Part shown: positions 30,325 to 38,462 of the stretch, one piece after another | Layout: every line of letters starts with the position of its first letter | Position numbering within the stretch: the first letter of the stretch is position 1 | Assembly (NCBI GenBank): GCA_048884965.1 | Contig: JBHLQH010000006.1 | Span: 64,001-128,000 of the forward strand | Length of the DNA stretch: 64,000 nt | Direction: 5' to 3' | Origin: Candidatus Thorarchaeota archaeon | Lineage (GTDB): Archaea > Asgardarchaeota > Thorarchaeia > Thorarchaeales > Thorarchaeaceae | The notes under the pieces: model-generated | What the model was told of the DNA's origin: nothing | What the model saw: the letters and a program-made list of their open reading frames with translations, nothing else | Databases searched by the model: none | Program-made: the position numbers and the translations under genes

Positions 30325-31457
30325 GCCCTGACATTGTTGATGAATCAGTAGATATCTGGTTTGGGCCACAGCATGTATCCGCACATGGATGGGCTGCAAA
30401 ACTCAAGCTAGTTGGCGACTTTATCGTAGAATGCGATCCACATGCAGGATATTTCCACAGGTCTGCAGAGAAGTGTTTGGAGTATCGAAACTTCCGCCAA
30501 GGCTCACTGATCCTTGAGCGACTGTGTATGCTTGAAGCATTCCTTTCCGAATATCCCTACCTTAGTGCAGTCGAGCAAATTGCTGGTCTTGAAGTCCCTG
30601 AACGTGCTAAGGTCATCCGGACCATCATGATGGAGGCGAGCAGGATTCACTCCTTCCAGTTCTGGTGGGGTCAGTTCTCAGCTGAGATGGGATTCTTTGC
30701 TATGACCCTTTGGCCATGGGTGGACCGAGAATACTTCCTGGATGCCTTTGAGGAACTGACTGGTTCCCGTCACGCTCCAAGCTTTGGGACTCCTGGCGGC
30801 GTCAGATTTGACTTTACTGAGAAATCTGTGAAGAAATTGGAGAAAGCAATTGATGTGTTGGAGAGCAATCTGCCAAAGTTCGAGGACATGCTTCTGGGAA
30901 GTCCAATCTTTAGGATGCGAACAGAAGGAGTCGCCCGTTATAGTGGCAAACAGGCGCTTCGATGGGGATTCTCAGGGCCAAACATTAAGGCTTGCGGAAT
31001 ACCCATGGATTTGAGGAAGGATTTCCCTGATCCAAATCTCGCTTACAATATGGCTGATTGGGAAGTTCCTATTGTGGAGAATCCTGAGTATCCCGGTGAA
31101 AGCGATGCATTCGACAGGATGCTCCAGAGATTCAAAGAGGTCAAGACCTCTGTCAGCATCATTAAGCAGCTGTTGCCCCAGGTACCTGAGGGCGAGATCG
31201 TAGATCCAAAGGCTAGAGCAAAAGCCAATCGCCTCCCTGAAGGAGAAGCCTATGGCCGAGTTGAGGGAACTCGTGGAATCATTTCTCTCTGGTTGAAGAC
31301 ACTGGATAAAGCACAGACCCCCTATCGGGCGAAGATACGCGGACCGTGCCTACAATCATACTATTCACTCAAGCATCTGGTACCTAGTGCCAGATTCGCT
31401 GATTTCATTGTAATATTTGGAAGCCTTGATCCATATCCAGGATGGTGGGATAGATGA
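30321..31457 (+). CDS. nuoD: Complex I-like subunit D (no NiFe-binding CxxC pairs)
   Basis: GPQHVSAHG, GYFHRSAEK, ERLCM, VPERA, EGTRG, PYRAKIRGP, C-terminal SLDPYPGWWDR. Confidence 0.92.
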   Translation: MSPDIVDESVDIWFGPQHVSAHGWAAKLKLVGDFIVECDPHAGYFHRSAEKCLEYRNFRQGSLILERLCMLEAFLSEYPYLSAVEQIAGLEVPERAKVIRTIMMEASRIHSFQFWWGQFSAEMGFFAMTLWPWVDREYFLDAFEELTGSRHAPSFGTPGGVRFDFTEKSVKKLEKAIDVLESNLPKFEDMLLGSPIFRMRTEGVARYSGKQALRWGFSGPNIKACGIPMDLRKDFPDPNLAYNMADWEVPIVENPEYPGESDAFDRMLQRFKEVKTSVSIIKQLLPQVPEGEIVDPKARAKANRLPEGEAYGRVEGTRGIISLWLKTLDKAQTPYRAKIRGPCLQSYYSLKHLVPSARFADFIVIFGSLDPYPGWWDR

Positions 31458-32599
31458 TAGGAGGTGCAGTGACATTGCAATTCGAATGGTTCTTTGACTG
31501 GCTTGCTGGAATTCCTACGTGGCTTTTCGATGTTATATATTGGATAATTGACATCATAATGGGAATCATCTTTTGGATAGAGGATCTAGTCAGATTTCTC
31601 TGGATTCTCATTGTCGACAACTTCTTCTTCCTACTCAAGGCAGTCCTATTCCCAGGATTGATTTTCGTTGTAATGGGACTCATCTATTTCGTTTGGTTTA
31701 CACGAAAACTCTGGGGTCGCATTCAGATGCGAAGAGGTCCAATGCACTTGGGTAAGTATGGTGGCGTGCAACTCTTTGCTGATGCTATCAAGCTCATCTC
31801 AAAGGAAACCATTATCCCCACCAACGCTCGAAGATGGATGTACCGCTTCCTTCCTTCGCTACTACTCATAGTCGTACTCATTCCATTTGCATTCATTCCA
31901 TGGGATACGACATGGTTCATCGCTGACCTTTCAGTAAGCCTTGTACTGGTGTTCGCATTCCTTGCTGCAGTGCCTGTCATTGCTCTTCTAGCGGGTTGGA
32001 TTAGTGGTTCGAAGTATTCTCTTATCGGAGGATTTAGGGCCGCCAACAATCAATTCGCTGCGGAGATTCCAATGATCATCTCATCAATCGGACCAGCGAT
32101 GCTTGCAGGATCTCTAAGTGTGATGGGAATTGCACTAGCTCAAAGTTCTGTCTGGTTCATTTTCTTGCTCCCGATTGGATTTGCTACATTCCTTACTGCA
32201 TCCATCGTATCTGTCGGTGTATTCCCCTTTGATGCACCTGTAGCGGACTCTGAGATCATCTTCGGATGGAGAACAGAGTTCTCAGGCATTTACTTCACTT
32301 TGACCTACTTTGCTGAATTCGCTGAGCAGATGCTATATTCAGCTTTGATGGTGACCTTCTTCTTTGGAGGGTTCTATGGTATTCCGTGGCTCCCTGGAGC
32401 AGTGAATTTCATCATCAAGTGGTTGATTATGCTTTTCGTCTTCGTGACTGTGAGTTCTTCATTCCACAGACTGAGGCAGGATCAGATAGTCAAATACTGC
32501 TGGAAGTATCTGATGCCGCTAGCAATACTGAACGTCATATTGGCGATGCTCGCCATCGTCTATGTGCCAGGATTGGCACCACTCTTGATAGGAGGTTAG
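31454..32599 (+). CDS. nuoH: Complex I-like subunit H
   Basis: RKLWGRIQMRRGP, QLFADAIKLISKE, SKYSLIGG-RA, PFD...TEFSG, RLRQDQ. Confidence 0.93.
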   Translation: MIGGAVTLQFEWFFDWLAGIPTWLFDVIYWIIDIIMGIIFWIEDLVRFLWILIVDNFFFLLKAVLFPGLIFVVMGLIYFVWFTRKLWGRIQMRRGPMHLGKYGGVQLFADAIKLISKETIIPTNARRWMYRFLPSLLLIVVLIPFAFIPWDTTWFIADLSVSLVLVFAFLAAVPVIALLAGWISGSKYSLIGGFRAANNQFAAEIPMIISSIGPAMLAGSLSVMGIALAQSSVWFIFLLPIGFATFLTASIVSVGVFPFDAPVADSEIIFGWRTEFSGIYFTLTYFAEFAEQMLYSALMVTFFFGGFYGIPWLPGAVNFIIKWLIMLFVFVTVSSSFHRLRQDQIVKYCWKYLMPLAILNVILAMLAIVYVPGLAPLLIGG

Positions 32600-32603
32600 A
32601 AAG

Positions 32604-33035
32604 ATGGGGTTCCTAACTAATCTGGGTGAAATCTTCACGATTCTGAAACATATCTTTAGACAAATATTCAAGAGACCCTTCACAAGCCTCTATCCATTCG
32701 AGGATAGGATCTATCCCGAGAGGACTCGTGGTCGTCATATCCATGTCAGGCACGCATGTACTGCATGCAGTCAATGCGTGAGAGCATGTCCTGTTGTCGC
32801 TATTACCATCGACAAGGAGGACAAAATGTATGAGAAAGATGCAGCATTATACTTCGATTACACCCGCTGTATCTTCTGTGGGCTTTGTGTTGATGCCTGC
32901 AGATTCGATGCACTCTTCCACACACCTGTCGTTGATCTCTCTGAAGGGGACAGGAATGATCTGCTATATGGCCCTGAGAAGATGAGCACTCTCGACAGAG
33001 AACCACTCAAGTGGAGAGGAAGGAGGTTCAGGTAA
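32604..33035 (+). CDS. nuoI: Complex I-like subunit I (2x[4Fe-4S])
   Basis: TSLYP...RTRGRH, CTACSQCVRACP, CIFCGLCVDAC. Confidence 0.93.
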   Translation: MGFLTNLGEIFTILKHIFRQIFKRPFTSLYPFEDRIYPERTRGRHIHVRHACTACSQCVRACPVVAITIDKEDKMYEKDAALYFDYTRCIFCGLCVDACRFDALFHTPVVDLSEGDRNDLLYGPEKMSTLDREPLKWRGRRFR

Positions 33036-34589
33036 ATGCAGGTGATATTCGAAATCCCATTCATGGCTATTTCGCTAGCCGTGTTGTTCATTGGTGGACT
33101 TCTCATCTACCTCTTGAAAGGTAGACTTGAGAAGAGTGCTGGAAAGATTGCCGTAATCTTCTCTGGTATTGCTGTGGCGTTGATGATTCCACCATTCTAT
33201 CGTGTGATGTTCGAAGAGCATGCATACAACATCGCTGAAGAGACCCTGCACTGGTCGAATATCTTGGGTGCGTTCGGTCTTCGTTTGGATGGGATAGCCT
33301 TTCCAATAACCTTCGCAGTGGTTGTGCTTGGGTTCCTGTCTGTTGTCTATGCCGTAGGATACACCTCCCACGAGCACAACAAGCCAACCTTCTTTGCGAA
33401 TCAGTTGTTCTTCCTTATGGGAATGCAATGGGTAACTCTCGCAACGAACCTTATCGAGTTCTTCATTGCGTGGGAGCTCATGTTGGTTCCTTCATACTTC
33501 CTGATCCTGTTCTGGGGCCTACCCGAGACCCGCAAACGAACTGCGCTTAAGTTCTGGCTATACACTCAGAGCGGTGCAGTCTGTATCCTCATTGGATTTG
33601 GCCTGCTTTACTTCCTAAGTGGAGCGACCTCCTTCGAGCTCGCAGTTATTCAGGGTATGATCGCTTCATACCTTGGAGCTTCAGATCTATTGAAGATCAT
33701 CTTCATTCTGTTGGCAGCTGGATTCTTGGTCAAGATGGCAGTCTTCCCGATTCACTGGTGGCTTCCACCCGTTCATGCTGAAGCACCTACGCCAATCTCA
33801 GTGCTCCTATCAGGTGCAATGATCGAGACCGGTGCCTATGCTCTCGTCCGATTTGGGACTATTACGCTTGGTCCTGCGGCTGCGGATCTTTCAGTCTATG
33901 TAGCGGCTATCGGAGTCATCACCATGTTCTATGGTGGCTTCATGGCGCTAGTGCAGAAGGATATCAAGCGGCTCCTTGCCTACTCATCTGTAAGCCAGAT
34001 GGGCTATGTGCTCTTTGCCCTTGGAGTATTCTCCGTCTATGGAGTATCAGGAGGTCTCTTCCATCTGATCAACCATGCATTCTCCAAGGGACTACTGTTT
34101 ATGGCCGCAGGGACCGTGATGCATCAAACAGGCATACGAAACATCGACAAGTTAGGCGGTCTTTCAAACAAGATGCCTATCACTGCTTTCATGGCTGCCA
34201 TAGGTGCTATGAGTATCGCAGGTAGTCCTCCACTCTCGGGATTCGCGAGTGAATGGATGATGTTCCTTGGTGGATTCCAAGCCGCATCGCCGCCTGGTAC
34301 GGGACTCATCGTGCAACCAACGATGCTCATCCTTTCGATACTTGCTGTTTCAAGCTCAATAATGAGTGCTGGCTATATGTTACGATTCCTGTGGAAGGTC
34401 TTCCTAGGACCAAATCCACAAGACCTCGAAGAGGTACAAGAAGGGCCAAGGTCCATGACAATTCCAATGATTATCCTTGGATTCCTCATCGTGTTCTTCG
34501 GAATCTTCCCTGGCCTAGCGTTAGATATCATCGTGCCCGCAGTGGACGCAATTCCGAACATCATACCCTTCGAATTCCATGCTCCATGA
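33036..34589 (+). CDS. nuoM: Additional NuoM-like antiporter-like subunit (M')
   Basis: LRLDGI, FFIAWELMLVPSYFLI, KMAVFPIHWWLP-VHAEAPTP-SVLLSG, DIKRLLAYSSVSQMG, SGFASE. No NuoL-type C-terminal arm. Confidence 0.82.
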   Translation: MQVIFEIPFMAISLAVLFIGGLLIYLLKGRLEKSAGKIAVIFSGIAVALMIPPFYRVMFEEHAYNIAEETLHWSNILGAFGLRLDGIAFPITFAVVVLGFLSVVYAVGYTSHEHNKPTFFANQLFFLMGMQWVTLATNLIEFFIAWELMLVPSYFLILFWGLPETRKRTALKFWLYTQSGAVCILIGFGLLYFLSGATSFELAVIQGMIASYLGASDLLKIIFILLAAGFLVKMAVFPIHWWLPPVHAEAPTPISVLLSGAMIETGAYALVRFGTITLGPAAADLSVYVAAIGVITMFYGGFMALVQKDIKRLLAYSSVSQMGYVLFALGVFSVYGVSGGLFHLINHAFSKGLLFMAAGTVMHQTGIRNIDKLGGLSNKMPITAFMAAIGAMSIAGSPPLSGFASEWMMFLGGFQAASPPGTGLIVQPTMLILSILAVSSSIMSAGYMLRFLWKVFLGPNPQDLEEVQEGPRSMTIPMIILGFLIVFFGIFPGLALDIIVPAVDAIPNIIPFEFHAP

Positions 34590-34600
34590 GGTGATCAAAG

Positions 34601-36904
34601 ATGCTATTCGGTTTACCCTACTATCTAATCCTCGTAATCCCCTTAGCAGGTTCATTGTTGGTTCCAGTCATTGGCAAGTTCAATGAGAAACTCAGAGACT
34701 GGACCCCAGCCATCTTCATGGGCATAGCAATGATCCTGAGCTGGTCACTTCTCACAGAGGTCAACAATCCGACTACTGCTACTTCGTGGGTTTGGATTGA
34801 CTATCTTGGACTGAACTTCGAGGTACTGCTTGATCCACTTTCGGTCATTATGGCTGTGCTTGCGAGCACATTGTGTTTCCTCATCTATGTCTACTCAACA
34901 GAGTACATGGCTCATGAGGGTGACCGTGATAGGTTCTTCTTCCTCATGCTTGCATTCGGTGGTGGCATGCTCACTCTCGTGCTGAGCAACAACCTGCTGA
35001 TAGCGTTCATTGGGTGGGAGATTATGGGCTTCTGTTCCTATGGCTTGATTGGCTTCTGGAATGACAAACGCAACGCTCCTGAGGTCGAGCCTGACCCAAT
35101 CGTGTACAAGAACCCTCTCCTCCAATTCGAGACCGAGGGGCAGTACAACACGCACTCCGGTACCAAGGCGTTCATCGTCACTCGTATCGGTGATGCATTC
35201 ATGTTGGGTGGAATACTCCTCCTCTTCGCGTTCACTGGTACCTTCTCATTCTCTGAGATGGCTGCTGATGCACAGGGCTGGTGGGCCACAATGGCAGGAA
35301 TTGGAATGCTCGTTCCAACCTTCTTGCTTATCTTCATGGGCGCTATCGGAAAGTCTGGACAGGCGCCTTTACAGGTGTGGTTACCGGAGGCCATGGCAGG
35401 TCCGACGTCGGTGTCCGCCCTCATCCACGCTGCAACAATGGTAAAGGCTGGTATCTACATAACAGCTAGATTCCTCCTGACAATGGTCGCAGCTGCTGAA
35501 GAATCCGGAGGTGAAGCTCCCGAACATCTATTCGCTGCCCTTCAACTTCCCGGTGTAGAGGCTATCACATTATTCTTCATCATAGTAGCAGTGATTGGTG
35601 CAATCACGGCTCTCATGACAGCTACAATGGGTCTTGTTTCTAATGAGCTAAAGCAGATTCTTGCATTTTCAACCCTGAGTCAGCTAGGATACATGATGCT
35701 TGGACTTGGCACGGCGGGTCTGATTTACTTCTATGGACACCACTTTGAGGAAGCATTCTTATCTAGCGTTCTGCATGTAATCTCCCATGGGGCCTTCAAG
35801 GCACTTCTCTTCTTGGCTTCAGGTGGCGTCATCCATGCTGTGCATACCAAGTATGTCACAAAGATGGGTGGACTTGGCAAGTACATGAAGAAGACTTTGG
35901 TGGTCATGTGGATTGGTGTTCTTGCTCTGGCTGGTATTTGGCCTCTCTCTGGTTTTTGGTCAAAGGATGGTATAATCGAATGGGCATACGATCTTATGAT
36001 TGTTGAATCCGAGATGCTTGCACATGGAACCACCCTATTCCCTGTAGGTTGGATTGTGTTTCTCTTCGCAATTCTTGCTGCTGCATGTACGATTTTCTAC
36101 AGCATTAGGATGATGGGTTTGACATTCTATGGCCCAAGCGAATACGACAAAGAGGGACATGATTCAACTCATTCATCGGGACATGATTCATCATATCCAG
36201 AGGAAATCGATACTCTACGCGAGGACGATGAATCAAATGAACACCATGCTGACGATCATCATGCAACACCACATGATCCAGGTCTCGCCATGATGATTCC
36301 ACTGTATATCCTAGCGACGTTCACGATAGTGGCAATGTTTGTTTATCCCTTCATTGAGAACATAATATTGGGAACGGAACATGGGTTTACATATTTCGCA
36401 GTCGATGTTTTCTTGTATAAGATAACTGTTGGTTATGTACCCTTTTGGATAACTATTGGAGCACTACTACTAGGTGGAATTCCAGGTTTTCTATGGTACA
36501 TCAAAGGAGCTGATAGTCCTAATACCTTCGTGCCCGAAACCGGTATCCGCAGGAAGATCTACAACTTCCTCCGTCATCGCTGGTACATCAACGAGTTCTA
36601 CTATTGGGTGCTCAACAAGTTCCTGAACTTTGCTGAATGGTGGAGAGTAAGGATTGACAACAACATCATCGATGGTATCGACTTCAAGTCTGCTGACACT
36701 GCGAAGGGCATCTCCAGACGTGTGCGCTGGTTCGATGATCACATCGTAGACGGTTTCGCAGAAGGTGTTTCTACCTATAGTGTTGGAGCATCAGAATCTG
36801 GACAGGCGATACAATCAGGACGAATCAATGACTATGTATCAGTGATCATCTTCGGATTTGGCTTGATGATTCTTGTGATACTCATAACCTTGGGGGTGAT
36901 CTAA
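34601..36904 (+). CDS. nuoL: Complex I-like subunit L with insertions and an extended transverse helix
   Basis: LDPLS, GWEIMG-CSY-LIGFW, KAFIVTRIGD, GKSGQ-PL-VWLPEAMAGPT-VSALIHAATMV, GFWSKD, QSGRINDY. Confidence 0.95.
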   Translation: MLFGLPYYLILVIPLAGSLLVPVIGKFNEKLRDWTPAIFMGIAMILSWSLLTEVNNPTTATSWVWIDYLGLNFEVLLDPLSVIMAVLASTLCFLIYVYSTEYMAHEGDRDRFFFLMLAFGGGMLTLVLSNNLLIAFIGWEIMGFCSYGLIGFWNDKRNAPEVEPDPIVYKNPLLQFETEGQYNTHSGTKAFIVTRIGDAFMLGGILLLFAFTGTFSFSEMAADAQGWWATMAGIGMLVPTFLLIFMGAIGKSGQAPLQVWLPEAMAGPTSVSALIHAATMVKAGIYITARFLLTMVAAAEESGGEAPEHLFAALQLPGVEAITLFFIIVAVIGAITALMTATMGLVSNELKQILAFSTLSQLGYMMLGLGTAGLIYFYGHHFEEAFLSSVLHVISHGAFKALLFLASGGVIHAVHTKYVTKMGGLGKYMKKTLVVMWIGVLALAGIWPLSGFWSKDGIIEWAYDLMIVESEMLAHGTTLFPVGWIVFLFAILAAACTIFYSIRMMGLTFYGPSEYDKEGHDSTHSSGHDSSYPEEIDTLREDDESNEHHADDHHATPHDPGLAMMIPLYILATFTIVAMFVYPFIENIILGTEHGFTYFAVDVFLYKITVGYVPFWITIGALLLGGIPGFLWYIKGADSPNTFVPETGIRRKIYNFLRHRWYINEFYYWVLNKFLNFAEWWRVRIDNNIIDGIDFKSADTAKGISRRVRWFDDHIVDGFAEGVSTYSVGASESGQAIQSGRINDYVSVIIFGFGLMILVILITLGVI

Positions 36905-36905
36905 G

Positions 36906-38462
36906 ATGCAAGTAGACATCGCACAAGCAATCGCATCCATCCTGCCACTAGGTATCTTGCCATTCATGCTGTTCCTACCATTACTTGCAGCATTCGTAGT
37001 ACTCATCCTAGGCGCAAAGCCTGCGAGAATGATCACTCTATTGATCGCACTTGCAGAGATGGGTCTCGCGATAGTACTCGGTCTTGCAATTGATCCCGCA
37101 GTACAACTTGATGATCCCACTGGTGGAGTATTCGGTTGGCAATATACCATTGCCCCACTGACGACTGCTGAGGACGCTCCGCTTCTTCAGATCCTTCTTG
37201 GAGTGGACGGTCTCTCGGTGGTTATGATTATCCTGTCGAACCTTGTCGTGCTCATCGCTGCTATCAGCTCAAATCACATCAAGGAGTCCAAGTCAATGTA
37301 CTACTCCTTCTTCCTGATGCTTCAGTCAGGTCTCCTAGGAGTGTTCATGTCTATTGACCTCTTTAGCTTCTTTGTATTCTGGGAGCTTGTGCTAATTCCG
37401 ATGTTCTTCATCATCGGGAAGTGGGGCGAGGAAGGTGCACAGCACGCAGCCGTCAAGTTCGTCATCTACACACATCTTGGCTCAGCTGTTATGGCGATAT
37501 CGTTCTTTGTCCTGTTCTTCATGGCACCTACGCCGACCTTCAATATGGTAGAACTAAGAGGTATGGGACTCTCACCGGACATCCAGATTGGATTCGCGCT
37601 TGCAGTATTCATGGGTGCAGGTGTGAAGCTTCCTGTCTTCCCCTTGCACAACTGGCTACCGTGGGCGCATGTGAAGGCACCAACACCCGGCTCAGTCATC
37701 TTGGCGGGTATCCTTCTAAAGATGGGTGGCTATGCTTTCATAAGGCTAGGTCTCTGGATGGTTCCTGAAGGCTTTGCCAGATTGAGTATTCCGCTCGCAT
37801 TGCTAGCAGTCTTCACATGTATCTACGCAGCGTTCACTGCTATGGCACAGACTGACATGAAGTCCATGGTGGCGTACACATCCATCAATCACATGGCATG
37901 GGTGTTGCTTGGTGTTGCGGTCGCATCTGTTGGTATCAACAGTGCTGACCCAGTATTGCAGGGAGCTGCAAACATTGCCATTCAAGGGTCGATCTTCATG
38001 ATGTTCTCTCATGGTACTATCATCTCTGTAATGTTTATCATGGCCGGGCAGCTCAAATACGCTGCTGGTACACGTGAGATTCCGAACATCCGGGGTCTGC
38101 TCTCACGAGCACCAAAGATGGCTTCAGTCTTTATTCTCGCATCATTGGCTGCATTTGGACTGCCAGGATTCAGTGGGTTTATCGCTGAAGCGTTGACTCT
38201 GTTCGGTGCAGTGACAATCTACATCTGGGCTGGCCTCATCGGCTTCGGCATCTTTGTCACAGTTGGCTATCTTCTTTGGACGCTCAACAGGATGGTCTTC
38301 AGTGATCCTGACCCCGATAAAGAGATTAACGAGGCTCCATGGAGTGACCTCATCGCTCCTATCCTGATGATGATACCAGTCATACTGCTTGGTATCTGGC
38401 CTGATTTGATCTTAGACTTCACGAGAAGTGTTGTCCTCTTCATGCTAGGAGGTGCTCCCTAG
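36906..38462 (+). CDS. nuoM: Complex I-like subunit M
   Basis: [68 protein letters not shown]. Confidence 0.94.
   Translation: [518 protein letters not shown]

Noticed and set aside
30321-31457. Group 4 [NiFe]-hydrogenase large subunit
   Set aside because: No RxCxxC or DPCxxC pair; the NuoB domain has the complex-I-type tandem CC; no hyp or maturation protease genes in the window.
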